A stretch of 64,000 bases of DNA from Betaproteobacteria bacterium TMED22 (lineage in GTDB: Bacteria; Pseudomonadota; Gammaproteobacteria; Burkholderiales; Eutrophovitaceae): positions 6,623 to 70,622 of the forward strand of contig NHCB01000016.1 of the NCBI GenBank assembly GCA_002167745.1, read 5' to 3'. Positions 43,891 to 55,304 of this stretch are shown here, piece after piece; positions within the stretch are counted from its first letter, which is position 1, and every line of letters begins with the position of its first letter. Made by a program: the position numbers and the translations under genes. The notes beneath the pieces are model-generated. The model saw only the letters and a program-made list of their open reading frames with translations, was not told where the DNA came from and did not search any database.

Positions 43891-44598
43891 ATGAAGCATC
43901 CCAGTTGGACTATCACTATTATCGCTCTTTTGGGTTTCGGATTAACGTTGTCTGCGGCATATTGGCAGTTTAAGCGGGCTGATTATAAGCGCGAATTAGA
44001 GTCTAGGTTTATTGAGATGCAAGCTAAAGTTAGTCTAGACTTAAATAAAACTCTCGATCCCTCTTTAGAGTTAGAGTTCCGAAGAGTTAATGCATATGGC
44101 ACGTTAGATGCATCGCAAAGGATGATACTTGATAATCGTATTCGTCGAGGACAGGCTGGCTACGAAGTTTTGGTGCCGTTGTCAATTACCGATTCAGATG
44201 CTGTTATTCTCGTTAACTTGGGGTGGATTCCTCGCGGTAGGAACTTAGGGCAACTACCAGACATAGTCATCCCTCGGAGTCCTGTTGTTGTCAAAGGAAC
44301 TATAGTGAGGCCGGGTTTAGGTGCGCTGGAGTTATCTGATGTCACGATAGAGGGGGATATCTGGCAGAATCTCGATTTGGTACGCTATCGTTCGTTACAT
44401 TCAATTGACGTGCTTGACTATGTTATCCAGAGTGATCCGATAAAAGGTGTTTCGACCAATTTCGAACAACTTTGGTCGAAACCTAGCTTTGGAATAGATA
44501 CGCACTTATCCTATGCAGGACAGTGGATAATGTTTGCTTTTCTGATTTTATTTTTTTACATATATTATGGTTTTATCAAACAAAGACGCGATGCCTAA
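43891..44598 (+). CDS. SURF1 family protein
   Basis: 'WQFKRA..K', 'LDNR', 'GYEVLVP', 'LVNLGW', 'H.SYAGQW'. Confidence 0.92.
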   Translation: MKHPSWTITIIALLGFGLTLSAAYWQFKRADYKRELESRFIEMQAKVSLDLNKTLDPSLELEFRRVNAYGTLDASQRMILDNRIRRGQAGYEVLVPLSITDSDAVILVNLGWIPRGRNLGQLPDIVIPRSPVVVKGTIVRPGLGALELSDVTIEGDIWQNLDLVRYRSLHSIDVLDYVIQSDPIKGVSTNFEQLWSKPSFGIDTHLSYAGQWIMFAFLILFFYIYYGFIKQRRDA

Positions 44599-45166
44599 AA
44601 AAAATAACTCTCTAATTCCTTGGATTGTACTCACGGTATGTGTGCTACCGGTTATAGCCTCAACTGCGCTTTACCATTTGTGGGAGCCTGATGGGTTTGT
44701 CAATAATGGCGAATTGATTGAGCCGGTTCCGTTGTCTGATTTGGTAGTGCCCTCTATTGAGGATGATGTATTTTTATTTTCGGATTTAAATGGTTTGTGG
44801 TCTTTTGTTTCCATCGACTCGTCGGAATGCGGTGAAGCGTGTATTAAGAAGTTATACCTTATGCGTCAAATTCGACTCACACAGGGCGCTGAAAAAGATA
44901 GATTGGAACGAATTCATTTTAGCGTTGGTGGTGAGCTTCAGAGAACGTTGATTGATGAATATGACGGAACTAGATTTATTGCGGTTTCGGACGTGCAGGC
45001 TCTCGATGCATTTGGTGACTTAACTGCAGCCGAAGAATATATTTTTCTGATTGATCAGATTGGAAATTTAATGATGCGCTTTCCTTTGACCATCGATCCA
45101 TCTTTAATGAAAAAGGATGTTAAGAAATTGTTGAAGATCTCCAAAGCATGGAAAAAAATTAATTAG
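44591..45166 (+). CDS. Conserved cox-cluster thioredoxin/SCO-like membrane protein
   Basis: 'NNGELI.P', CxxxC 'CGEAC..KLYLMRQ', 'IDQIGNLMMRF'. Confidence 0.8.
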   Translation: MPKKNNSLIPWIVLTVCVLPVIASTALYHLWEPDGFVNNGELIEPVPLSDLVVPSIEDDVFLFSDLNGLWSFVSIDSSECGEACIKKLYLMRQIRLTQGAEKDRLERIHFSVGGELQRTLIDEYDGTRFIAVSDVQALDAFGDLTAAEEYIFLIDQIGNLMMRFPLTIDPSLMKKDVKKLLKISKAWKKIN

Positions 45167-45235
45167 TGATAGGCTACTCCGAGACTAGCTAAATGTTAAA
45201 CTTAAACTTTACCTAAGTTCATTTCACCGATTACT

Positions 45236-46123
45236 TTGAGTTCATATACCGCATCTTTGTATACCCGTTTTGAGGATTATGTAAAGCTTACAAAGCCTAG
45301 GGTGGTAATGCTGATCGTCTTTACGGCTTTTATAGGCATGCTGTTAGCTCAGCCTTCCCTTGCGCCAGCGGAGGTTTTGATCTATGGATCGATCGGCATT
45401 TGGCTGGTGGCTGGGGCCGCCGCCGCCGTTAATTGTTTAATTGAACAAAAGATAGACGCGGTAATGGCGCGCACCCGGGGAAGACCTTTGCCGACTGGAG
45501 CAGTAAGTGTTACTGAAACTGTCTTGGTGTCCGTTTTTGTGGGCGGTCTAGGCTTATTTTTACTTCATGTATTTATCAACCCTTTAACGATGTGGCTGAC
45601 CCTGGGAACTTTTGTAGGATATGCGGTTATCTATACGATGGTACTTAAACCGTTGACTCCGCAAAATATCGTTATTGGGGGAGCATCGGGTGCAATGCCA
45701 CCCATCCTTGGTTGGGCGGCAGTGACTGGTGAGGTCACACATGAATCGCTATTGCTATTCTTGATCATTTTTGCATGGACGCCACCGCACTTTTGGGCGC
45801 TAGCTCTATATCGTCGTGACGAGTACGCCAGGGCAGAAGTGCCGATGTTGCCGGTAACACACGGGGTCGCTTTTACTCGGTTGCACGTTTTTCTGTACAC
45901 CCTAATTTTATTGGCAGTCTCGTTACTTCCGTTTGTTGTCGGGATGAGTGATTGGTTGTACGGTATTTCAGCGCTCGTCCTTGGATTACTTTTTCTTTTT
46001 TATTCTTATCGTATTTGGCAGTCTTATACCGATGCAATTGCAAGGACCACATTCAGGTACTCAATATTGTATTTATCACTTATTTTCCTGGCGCTCTTGC
46101 TGGATCATTATCTAATTCTGTAG
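45236..46123 (+). CDS. cyoE: Heme O synthase (protoheme IX farnesyltransferase)
   Basis: 'LTKPRV', 'D..MART..RPL', 'PQNIVIGG', 'WTPPHFWAL'. Confidence 0.96.
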   Translation: MSSYTASLYTRFEDYVKLTKPRVVMLIVFTAFIGMLLAQPSLAPAEVLIYGSIGIWLVAGAAAAVNCLIEQKIDAVMARTRGRPLPTGAVSVTETVLVSVFVGGLGLFLLHVFINPLTMWLTLGTFVGYAVIYTMVLKPLTPQNIVIGGASGAMPPILGWAAVTGEVTHESLLLFLIIFAWTPPHFWALALYRRDEYARAEVPMLPVTHGVAFTRLHVFLYTLILLAVSLLPFVVGMSDWLYGISALVLGLLFLFYSYRIWQSYTDAIARTTFRYSILYLSLIFLALLLDHYLIL

Positions 46124-46130
46124 TTTTTTT

Positions 46131-46745
46131 ATGTCTCTCTCTTATCGGAACTTTGTGAAGCTCGCACTGATCATGCTGGCACTTTGTTTATTTGTGGGGT
46201 GTGATGACACTGATAAAAATCGAATGCGATTCACTAATACGGATATTACTGGTGCCGATTTTGCTCGGGAATTTGAGCTGACGAATCATCATCGCGAACG
46301 AGTTAGTCTGAGTGATTTCGAGGGCAAGGTTGTTATTCTATTTTTTGGATTTATGCATTGTCCTGATATTTGCCCGACTACCCTAACAGAACTTAATGGA
46401 TTGATGAGTCGCTTGGGTGCGGATGCAAAAAGTGTTCAGGTACTCTTTGTAACGGTTGACCCAGAGCGAGATAAGATAGAAAACCTTGGATCTTATGTGG
46501 AGGTTTTTAACCCTAATTTCTTGGGCCTATGGGGAACTGTGGATGAAATTGAAATAGTTACTAAGGAATTTAAAGTGATTTATCAAAAGGTGCCAGGTTC
46601 GACGCCAGACAGCTATACTGTAGATCACTCAGCAGGAACATACGTCTTTGATAAAAGCGGTAAGGTGCGCCTATTTGTTCCTTATGGAGCTGATACTGAG
46701 AGCCTTGCAAATGACGTACGTTTGCTTATAGGTGCTCGTTTTTGA
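46131..46745 (+). CDS. SCO family copper chaperone (lipoprotein)
   Basis: 'FGFMHCPDICP', 'VDPERD', 'VDHS'; lipobox-like FVGC. Confidence 0.93.
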   Translation: MSLSYRNFVKLALIMLALCLFVGCDDTDKNRMRFTNTDITGADFAREFELTNHHRERVSLSDFEGKVVILFFGFMHCPDICPTTLTELNGLMSRLGADAKSVQVLFVTVDPERDKIENLGSYVEVFNPNFLGLWGTVDEIEIVTKEFKVIYQKVPGSTPDSYTVDHSAGTYVFDKSGKVRLFVPYGADTESLANDVRLLIGARF

Positions 46746-46771
46746 TTTGCTTAGTAACAGCGGTCTTTGAG

Positions 46772-47632
46772 CTAACTTTGATCTTGCCGTGTCATTGCGA
46801 CCTTCATCTTTTTCATCGCTTGCGCTTCAATTTGGCGAATTCTTTCAGCTGAGACTCCATACTCATCAGCCAATTCGTGTAATGTCAATTGGTCATCATC
46901 GTTGAGCCAACGAGCTTGAATAATTGCTCGGCTTCTATCATCAAGATTCGCTAGAGCGGAGGCAAGACCTTCTTTGTGCGCCACACCCATTTGTTTCTGC
47001 TCGAGAACTGCAGACGGCTCCAAATTTGCACTTTGCAAGTATGATATCGGAGAGTAATCATCGTCTTCGCTATCCGAAAGTGGATCGAGAGCTAGGTCCG
47101 AGCCAGACAGGCGCGTTTCCATTTCAGTGACATCGCTGGTTTTTACATCAAGTTTATCGGATATTCGATCGATTTCTTGATTGCTAAGAGAGTCTAAGTT
47201 CGCTTTCATGCTGCGTAGATTGAAAAAGAGTTTTCGTTGCGCTTTCGTTGTCGCAACTTTCACAATACGCCAGTTTTTAAGCACAAATTCATGAATTTCG
47301 GCTTTAATCCAATGAACGGCAAACGATACCAGTCGAGCACCGTTTTCGTAATCATATCTTTTTACAGCTTTCATTAGCCCGATATTACCTTCTTGAATTA
47401 AATCTCCGAAGGGAAGTCCATATCCATTGAATCTTCGTGCAATCGAGACTACCAATCGCAAATGCGACATAATCAGTAGCTTAGCGGCCTCAAGATCGTC
47501 TTCTTCCTTGAGCTTTTTGGCTAGACGAGATTCCTCTTCCGCAGTTAATAAGGGGATGCGGTTAACCGCTTGGATATAAAGATCCAAGCTTGCTATTGGT
47601 GGTAGCGATAATGATGTAAGCGCGTTTGTCAT
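46772..47632 (-). CDS. rpoH: RNA polymerase sigma-32
   Basis: RpoH box 'TTKAQRKLFFNLR', 'DLIQEGNIGLMKAV', 'VSAERIRQIE'. Confidence 0.97.
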   Translation of the reverse strand: MTNALTSLSLPPIASLDLYIQAVNRIPLLTAEEESRLAKKLKEEDDLEAAKLLIMSHLRLVVSIARRFNGYGLPFGDLIQEGNIGLMKAVKRYDYENGARLVSFAVHWIKAEIHEFVLKNWRIVKVATTKAQRKLFFNLRSMKANLDSLSNQEIDRISDKLDVKTSDVTEMETRLSGSDLALDPLSDSEDDDYSPISYLQSANLEPSAVLEQKQMGVAHKEGLASALANLDDRSRAIIQARWLNDDDQLTLHELADEYGVSAERIRQIEAQAMKKMKVAMTRQDQS

Positions 47633-47655
47633 ATCTTGTCTCCGTTTATGCTATT

Positions 47656-47682
47656 TTAGCACTCTCCTTCACTGAGTGCCAA
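47656..47682. promoter_or_regulatory. CIRCE element (HrcA operator) upstream of rpoH
   Basis: TTAGCACTC-N9-GAGTGCCAA, one mismatch to TTAGCACTC-N9-GAGTGCTAA. Confidence 0.92.
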
Positions 47683-47719
47683 GTATCATCAAAGTTCTAC
47701 CCGGAAAGCTAACGTATTG

Positions 47720-48613
47720 TTAGTAATCGATTTTTTTGAGATGATTATTGGATGATAGCCACGCACCCAGGAGACTGAGCGCTACGCTAAAAAGCAAGGG
47801 GGAACTTAGAGTGACTAAGTCGGGGTCGCGGATATAGAACCCTAGCGGTTCAAGCATAGGCTGAATAGCATTTAGACCAAATTTTACGCTAAAAAAGATG
47901 ATTAAAGCCGCACATAAGCCACCGAGTAGGCCTTGTATGAATCCATAGTAGAGGAAAGGACGTCGGATAAAGCGCCCAGTTGCTCCTACAATTCGGGCGA
48001 TTTCAATTTCATCTTTGCGAATTGTGATTTGTAGTTGTATGTTGGTGAAAATGCTTGCTACAAATCCAAGTCCGATGAGGAGGACAACCATCATTACGAG
48101 AATTTTCGATAGATTGACAAATGATTCCAGTTTTAAGGCCCATTTAGCATCGAAACTCACTTCTTCGACAAACGACCAGTTTTCTATGGTCTGGGCTACG
48201 TCGGTCAATTTTTTAGCATCGCTATCTAGCGGCGTTAGCACAAATAGATGAGGGATTGGGTTCGTGTCTAAATTTTTGACAAGCTCGCTAAACTCCGAGT
48301 TTTTTGATAACTGTTTAAGACCATCGTCTTGGTCAATAAAAGTGATTTCACCGTCGAATAGTTCAGTGAGCTGTTTTTCGGCTAGCTTAATTGTTTTGTC
48401 CGATGAATCAGCAGCTATGAATACATTTAGTTGACTGGTATTGTTTAACTTTCTGGAAAACTGATCTGCGCCATCGAGTAACATGTAGCAGCCCATAGGG
48501 ATCGACAAGGCAATACCCATGCCTAGAATGTGTAATATTGAGGTGACTGGCTGTTTAAGAAGTCTGCAAACACTGTCGCTAAAAGCGCTAGATCTTGAAT
48601 AGAACCAATTCAT
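47720..48613 (-). CDS. ftsX: Cell division permease FtsX
   Basis: 'NPIP', 'EIEIARIVGAT..FIRRPFLY.G'. Confidence 0.9.
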   Translation of the reverse strand: MNWFYSRSSAFSDSVCRLLKQPVTSILHILGMGIALSIPMGCYMLLDGADQFSRKLNNTSQLNVFIAADSSDKTIKLAEKQLTELFDGEITFIDQDDGLKQLSKNSEFSELVKNLDTNPIPHLFVLTPLDSDAKKLTDVAQTIENWSFVEEVSFDAKWALKLESFVNLSKILVMMVVLLIGLGFVASIFTNIQLQITIRKDEIEIARIVGATGRFIRRPFLYYGFIQGLLGGLCAALIIFFSVKFGLNAIQPMLEPLGFYIRDPDLVTLSSPLLFSVALSLLGAWLSSNNHLKKIDY

Positions 48614-49263
48614 GCTTGGAGTTCTCCTTGCTTGAGTTCGATGATGCGCGCGCCTAACCCTTGGATCATGGCAGGATCATGTGTGGCAATGACTACTGTC
48701 ACGCCTACACGGTTAAAGGCACGGAACATTGTTACGATATCTGCCGCATAACCTGGATCCAGGTTTCCTGTTGGTTCATCTGCGAGCAAAATCGCTGGTT
48801 TGTTCACAACGGCACGTGCTATGCACAAACGTTGCTGTTCCCCGCCGGACAAAGTCACAGGATTAAAGCTTCCTTTTTCGAGTAATCCGACCTTATCCAG
48901 TGCTGCCCTAACTCTTGTAGTTATTTCTGATTTTGAGAGGCCGGATATTAATAGTGGAAGCGCCACATTGTGAAAAACGCTTCGGTCAATTAGGAGTTTA
49001 TGATCTTGGAAAACAAACCCGAAGTTGCGTCTGAGATAGGGTAAAGCAGAGCGATTTAGTGATGAGAGTTTGGTGCCGTTAATAGCTACAGAGCCGCTGG
49101 TGGACCTTTCAATGCCACCAATCAGTTTCATCAAAGTGGATTTCCCTGCCCCCGAATGTCCGGTGAGAAAGACCATTTCTCCCTCTTGGATTGAGAGGGA
49201 GACATTTTTTAAAGCTTGGTGACCACCAGGGTATCGCTTAGATAGGTCTTTAGTTTCTATCAT
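48610..49263 (-). CDS. ftsE: Cell division ATP-binding protein FtsE
   Basis: 'GHSGAGKST', 'VFQD', 'LSGGEQQR', 'ADEPTGNLD'. Confidence 0.95.
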   Translation of the reverse strand: MIETKDLSKRYPGGHQALKNVSLSIQEGEMVFLTGHSGAGKSTLMKLIGGIERSTSGSVAINGTKLSSLNRSALPYLRRNFGFVFQDHKLLIDRSVFHNVALPLLISGLSKSEITTRVRAALDKVGLLEKGSFNPVTLSGGEQQRLCIARAVVNKPAILLADEPTGNLDPGYAADIVTMFRAFNRVGVTVVIATHDPAMIQGLGARIIELKQGELQA

Positions 49264-49285
49264 TTATTTTTTTAGCGTTTATTAT

Positions 49286-50275
49286 TTACTCTTGGAGCAT
49301 TGCGTCAATGAACTCTTCTGCTGAAAAAGGTATCAGATCTTCGATCCCTTCGCCAATACCAATATACTTTATTGGAATATCTCTATATTCGGCGACCCCA
49401 AATAGACAGCCACCCTTCGCGGTTCCATCAAGCTTAGTTAGCACAATACTGTCGACACCTAATGCCTCATCAAAGGACTTTACCTGCTCAATAGCATTTT
49501 GTCCTGTATTTGCGTCTATAACTAGCATAACCTCATTTGGAGCCGTATCGATCGCCTTGCCCATGACGCGCTTCACTTTTTCAAGTTCAGCCATTAAATG
49601 TTTTTGCGTTGGAAGGCGTCCTGCCGTATCAGCTAGTACGACATCAATGTTCTTGGCTTTTGCGGACTCGATTGCGTCATAAATGACTGCGGCGGAGTCC
49701 CCACGGGACTGAGAAACCACGGTCACTTGATTACGTTCACCCCAAATTTTAATTTGTTCTTCGGCTGCAGCTCGAAATGTGTCCCCGGCAGCAAGTAGTA
49801 CGCTTTTGCCGGCTTCTGTGAATTGTTTCGTCAGCTTACCGATGGTCGTTGTTTTGCCTGCTCCATTGACACCAGCGATTAATATAACGTAGGGGCGACC
49901 AGTTTTTTCTTTTTTGGGGTTACATAGGCGGCCCAATAAACTTAACATTTGTGTTTTAAGGGTAGCTCTCACTTCTGAAGTCGTTTGAAGGTTATTTTTT
50001 TTAGCGATGGCTTTCGTTTTTTCGATCAGCTGTTGCGTCGCGCTTACTCCAACATCGCTTGTGAGTAGCACGGTTTCAAGCTGGTCAAACAGATCATCAT
50101 CAACGAGCGTCTTCGTCGAAAAAATTTGAGTAATTTTTTCCCCTAGTTTGGAGCGAGTCAATGAAAGGCTATCGGTCCAGCGTTTTTTTGAGGCTCGAGC
50201 TGAATCGGATTGTGCTGCTTCTTCCGAATTATCCGACACTTTTGAAACTTTACGGGGCTTTAGAAAACTAAACAT
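49286..50275 (-). CDS. ftsY: SRP receptor FtsY
   Basis: 'GVNGAGKTTT', 'DTFRAAA', 'DTAGRL', 'TKLDGTAKGG'. Confidence 0.97.
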   Translation of the reverse strand: MFSFLKPRKVSKVSDNSEEAAQSDSARASKKRWTDSLSLTRSKLGEKITQIFSTKTLVDDDLFDQLETVLLTSDVGVSATQQLIEKTKAIAKKNNLQTTSEVRATLKTQMLSLLGRLCNPKKEKTGRPYVILIAGVNGAGKTTTIGKLTKQFTEAGKSVLLAAGDTFRAAAEEQIKIWGERNQVTVVSQSRGDSAAVIYDAIESAKAKNIDVVLADTAGRLPTQKHLMAELEKVKRVMGKAIDTAPNEVMLVIDANTGQNAIEQVKSFDEALGVDSIVLTKLDGTAKGGCLFGVAEYRDIPIKYIGIGEGIEDLIPFSAEEFIDAMLQE

Positions 50276-50413
50276 TCTTCGTGGCGCTATTCTTTTTGTT
50301 AATCCGAATCATAGGGGATACTCAGGAGGCTTTATTGTAAACTCTCAACAGAAAAGTGGCGCGAGTTATTTATTGGCATACTGCTGTTTTTAATTTACTC
50401 TTGACGTCAGACG

Positions 50414-51781
50414 GTGATTTTCATGAAAATATATGTGGCAGGGCAGTTTTTTATTATTAATCTAGTTATATCGTTCCTCTTTGCAACTGGCGTTCAAGCC
50501 GCTGCGGTCCCAGCAAAACCGTCCATATTTCAACATACGCTCGCTAACGGCTTAGAGATCATCGTTAAGCCTGATCACCGCTCTCCTGTCGCTGCCATAA
50601 TGGTTTGGTACCGCGCTGGCAGTATTGATGAGGTGAATGGACGCACAGGGATCGCTCATTTGCTCGAGCACATGATGTTTCAGGGTACAGAAACGGTCGG
50701 CCCGGGAGATCACGCAAGGAAAATTGCCGCGACGGGTGGCCGGTCAAATGCGTTTACATCTACTGACTACACTGGTTATTTGCAAGAGCTCCATAGTTCA
50801 GAACTTGAGTTAGCCATGCAACTTGAAGCAGATCGGATGGAAAATTTGTTGTTGCGTGATAAAGAATTCAATAATGAGTTACGGGTAGTGATGGAAGAGA
50901 GACGACAAAGAGTCGACGACAACCCTCGGGGGTTACTCATGGAGCAGCTAGCTGCTGCAATGTACGTGGCGCATCCTTACAGAACTCCTATTGTAGGTTG
51001 GATGAATGACCTCGAACATTTAACAATCGAGGATGCTGCCGATTGGTACCGGCGATGGTATGTGCCTAATAATGCTGCTTTAGTCATTGCGGGAGATGTG
51101 GAGTCGGAGAATGTCGTTTTACTCGCGGAGAAGTATTTCGGAAGTATAAAATCCAAGATATTGCCGTCGAGAAAGCCACAGGAAGAGCCAGTGCGTCGCG
51201 GTAGTCGCAGAGTCACGGTGCAGGCAAATACCACTCTACAGTCGCAAATCATTGCTTACTCAGCGCCAAAATTATCAGACGTTGAAGCGGATTGGGAGCC
51301 TTACGCATTATATTTATTAGCGGGAGTGCTCGACGGCCACTCTGCAGCTCGATTGCATAAACGTTTAGTGTTGGAGGAAAAAATTGCACACTCAGTTAGC
51401 GTAAGTTACGATGGATTGAGACGAGGTCCAGGGGCATTCTATGTTTCATTCTCTCCTGTTGAGGGTCGTACTTTGACGGAGCTGGAAAACGGTTGGAACG
51501 ACGAGATTCTCAAACTCACGGAAGGTGAGGTGAGTGACGCAGAATTAAATCGTGTTAAGGCCCAGGTGATTGCTGGCCAGGTTTTCTCGGGTGACTCAGT
51601 TCTCGGGCAAGCCAGTCGGATGGGTCGGATGTGGGCGATAGGATTTGCTCCAGATGCACCTGATGTAATCAACGAAAAACTCAGTGCCATCACATCTCTC
51701 CAGGTTCAAGAGGTGGCAAAAAAATACTTGGTTGGGAGCCATACCACTTCAGCGATTCTTGAGCCAAACATTTCTAATTAG
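50414..51781 (+). CDS. M16B peptidase, catalytic subunit
   Basis: HxxEH 'HLLEH', 'NAFT', 'EERRQR', 'HPY'; signal peptide; start uncertain. Confidence 0.92.
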   Translation: MIFMKIYVAGQFFIINLVISFLFATGVQAAAVPAKPSIFQHTLANGLEIIVKPDHRSPVAAIMVWYRAGSIDEVNGRTGIAHLLEHMMFQGTETVGPGDHARKIAATGGRSNAFTSTDYTGYLQELHSSELELAMQLEADRMENLLLRDKEFNNELRVVMEERRQRVDDNPRGLLMEQLAAAMYVAHPYRTPIVGWMNDLEHLTIEDAADWYRRWYVPNNAALVIAGDVESENVVLLAEKYFGSIKSKILPSRKPQEEPVRRGSRRVTVQANTTLQSQIIAYSAPKLSDVEADWEPYALYLLAGVLDGHSAARLHKRLVLEEKIAHSVSVSYDGLRRGPGAFYVSFSPVEGRTLTELENGWNDEILKLTEGEVSDAELNRVKAQVIAGQVFSGDSVLGQASRMGRMWAIGFAPDAPDVINEKLSAITSLQVQEVAKKYLVGSHTTSAILEPNISN

Positions 51782-51803
51782 GTTGTATTCGGGGAGTATT
51801 GTT

Positions 51804-53165
51804 ATGTTGAATGTCATGAAAGGCTTGCGTAATTTAACGGGTTCATATTCTCGAATCTTAGTCATTTTCGTCTGTTGCTATTCATCTGTTACCCACAGTC
51901 AAGTAAGGGAGCAGTGGGTGACTGATTCTGGTTCTAAGGTGATCTTCATTCAATCTTTAGGATTGCCAATGGTGGATGTCTCAGTGGATTTTTTTGCTGG
52001 AGCAGCCTTTGATCCGGCCGATAAACAAGGGTTAGCTCGACTAACAATGCAGTTACTCGATAAAGGAACGCACCAGTATGATGAGTTTGCTATAGCGGAA
52101 AGACTGGCAACGAACGGATCTCAAATGAGCGGTAACTTTGATTTGGATCGATCGGGGGTGTCGTTAAGAAGCTTGTCCTATGACGAACCGTTGACGGATT
52201 CGATCTCGCTCCTATCCGAAATACTATCGAACCCAGTATTTCCAGCAGAGGTGTTGAATAGAGAAAAAGAAGTATCCATTATTTCTTTGCGTGAGCGTAA
52301 TACGCGGCCCAGTTCAATTGCGGCAAAATTGATGTCGGAGGCCTTGTTTGGTGAACATCCATATCGTTCTACAGGAATTGGCACAGAGGAGACGATTGAA
52401 TCTTTGGCGAGGAGCGATCTTGTGGGGTTTCATCAGAGGTTTTATAGAGCGAGTAATGCTGTGATAACAATCGTGGGCGATTTAGATGAGGAAAGGGCCA
52501 GGACGATCGCTGAAAACATAACGAACGGTCTACCAAAAGGCTCAATAGAACGCGAGCAATTACCAGATATCATGGCGATAACTGAAGTGCAGGAGCTCAT
52601 TATTCCTCATGATTCAGCGCAAGCTCATATTCGTATTGGTATGGTGGGGTTTAGACGCGGAGATCCAGATCATTTGCCACTGGTATTAGCGAACCAAATA
52701 CTCGGCGGCGGCGGAATGACCTCGATTCTGTATGACGAGCTGAGGGAACGTCGAGGAATGACTTATGGTGTGGGAAGTTATTTTAATCCGCTGAAAGATC
52801 CTGGAGCCTTTGTGGTAGCGTTTCAAACTAGAAAAGATCAAGCTTGGGAAGCATTAGATGTCACGCTAAATATTCTTAGGAAGTTTGTTGAGAGTGGTCC
52901 GGACGCTGAGCAGGTTGAGCGCGCGAAAAAATATTTCGTTGGTGCATTTGCTCTAAATGTTGATAGTAATGGTGAGTTACTCGATTACTATTCAACGATC
53001 AATTTTTATGACCTGCCTCTCGATTATATTGACAGCTTCTCAAGTCGCGTTGAAGCGGTGACGCTTAATCAAATCAGAGATGCAATCAGTCGCCGGATGA
53101 GTTTGGATAAAGTCGTACGCATTATTGTCGGACCCGAAAAACCCTTAACTGAACCTAATGGCTAA
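51804..53165 (+). CDS. M16B peptidase, non-catalytic subunit
   Basis: No HxxEH; 'ILGGGG', 'RERRGMTY' (R/Y pair); ATG 51804 after GGGGAG. Confidence 0.88.
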   Translation: MLNVMKGLRNLTGSYSRILVIFVCCYSSVTHSQVREQWVTDSGSKVIFIQSLGLPMVDVSVDFFAGAAFDPADKQGLARLTMQLLDKGTHQYDEFAIAERLATNGSQMSGNFDLDRSGVSLRSLSYDEPLTDSISLLSEILSNPVFPAEVLNREKEVSIISLRERNTRPSSIAAKLMSEALFGEHPYRSTGIGTEETIESLARSDLVGFHQRFYRASNAVITIVGDLDEERARTIAENITNGLPKGSIEREQLPDIMAITEVQELIIPHDSAQAHIRIGMVGFRRGDPDHLPLVLANQILGGGGMTSILYDELRERRGMTYGVGSYFNPLKDPGAFVVAFQTRKDQAWEALDVTLNILRKFVESGPDAEQVERAKKYFVGAFALNVDSNGELLDYYSTINFYDLPLDYIDSFSSRVEAVTLNQIRDAISRRMSLDKVVRIIVGPEKPLTEPNG

Positions 53166-53700
53166 TACGGTTCGGGTCATCGGTGGTGACTTGAGAGGTA
53201 GGACCTTGCGTTTTCCTGATCTGGAAGGGCTTAGGCCAACGCCAGATCGAGTGAGAGAAACTTTATTTAATTGGCTCGGACAGAGATTGGACGGTTCAGC
53301 TTGTCTAGATTTGTTTACTGGTAGCGCAGCCTTAGCCTTTGAAGCAGTTTCCCGAGGTGCTACTTGTGTAGATGCAGTTGATGTTAATGAGAAAGCGTGT
53401 GCGTCTGCCCAAGAGAATTGTCGTAAGGCTGAGGTCGCGAATATGACTGTCACGTGCTCGGAGGCAACTGATTTCCTTCGGCAGAATAAGAAAATTTTTG
53501 ATGTCGTATTTTTGGATCCACCTTTTGCGGAAAATACGTTGATGGAGGCCGTATTAGCAGTTTTGCCGAGGCATCTCAGTAATGGATGTAGAATCTACGT
53601 AGAGTCGGCCCAATCTATCGAGGTCCCGCAGGATTTCAAACCGTTAAGGATAGCAAAGGCCGGTCGTGTTCACTTCGCTTTATGGGAGTTTCAAAGATAA
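53158..53700 (+). CDS. rsmD: 16S rRNA m2G966 methyltransferase
   Basis: 'RVIGG..RGR', '[16 protein letters not shown]', 'FLDPPF'. Confidence 0.95.
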   Translation: MANTVRVIGGDLRGRTLRFPDLEGLRPTPDRVRETLFNWLGQRLDGSACLDLFTGSAALAFEAVSRGATCVDAVDVNEKACASAQENCRKAEVANMTVTCSEATDFLRQNKKIFDVVFLDPPFAENTLMEAVLAVLPRHLSNGCRIYVESAQSIEVPQDFKPLRIAKAGRVHFALWEFQR

Positions 53701-53701
53701 G

Positions 53702-54468
<767 letters not shown>

Positions 54469-54469
54469 A

Positions 54470-55288
54470 TCATTTTTGACATTTTGGACAGTAAAAAGAT
54501 GATCTTTGTCCTAAAGTGATTGATTTAATAGTCGTCTCACATTTGCGACAAGGTTCTCCATCGCGCCCGTACACCATGTATTCTTGTTGGAAGTATCCTG
54601 TGGATCCGTCGGCTAAGTAAAAGTCCTGAAGACTGCTTCCTCCAGCTCGGATAGCTCTCTTAAGAGTTGTTTTGATTGCCGTAATCAAACGCTCGAGTTT
54701 TCGACGACTTACATCATTAGCGCGTCGACTCGGGCGTATGCCGGCGTGAAATAATGATTCGTTGGCATATATATTTCCGACGCCGGTAACAACTTGGTTA
54801 TTCATTATCTGTAATTTGACGGCCGAGGATTTAGTTTGTAATTTTTGATGTAGAAAATCGCTGTTAAATTCGTCATCTAATGGTTCCGGACCCAGATGAC
54901 TTATTAAGCGGTGATCGTTGGGGTTATTAGCAGTCCATATAAGTGCGCCAAATTTTCTTGGGTCTCGATACCGGATGATATTGTTATTCGATACGTGAAG
55001 ATCATAATGTTCGTGTTTAGTAGGAGTTTCGCTTGAGGGGTTCAGGACTCGCAGGCTGCCGGACATTCCGAGATGAATGATCAACCAACCAGCGGAGCAG
55101 TCAATCAGAATGTATTTAGCCCTTCGAGTAATCGATGCGATTTTCAGGCCTGGTAATATCTTTCGAAGTTTCTGCGGAATTGGCCACCTAAGCTGCAGAT
55201 TACGAAGAACAATCTTCTCTATCGTTTGCCCTCTCAGAAAAGGCTCTATCCCTTGTTTGGTAATTTCAACTTCTGGCAACTCGGGCAT
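54470..55288 (-). CDS. mutM: Formamidopyrimidine-DNA glycosylase
   Basis: 'PELPEVE', 'HLGMSG', 'GVGNIYA', zinc finger 'CPKCQ'. Confidence 0.97.
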   Translation of the reverse strand: MPELPEVEITKQGIEPFLRGQTIEKIVLRNLQLRWPIPQKLRKILPGLKIASITRRAKYILIDCSAGWLIIHLGMSGSLRVLNPSSETPTKHEHYDLHVSNNNIIRYRDPRKFGALIWTANNPNDHRLISHLGPEPLDDEFNSDFLHQKLQTKSSAVKLQIMNNQVVTGVGNIYANESLFHAGIRPSRRANDVSRRKLERLITAIKTTLKRAIRAGGSSLQDFYLADGSTGYFQQEYMVYGRDGEPCRKCETTIKSITLGQRSSFYCPKCQK

Positions 55289-55304
55289 TAACTTAACCCC
55301 TTAT

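Noticed and set aside
45167-45235. 'MLNLNF' as a remnant of the CtaA C-terminus
   Set aside because: Too short to distinguish from chance
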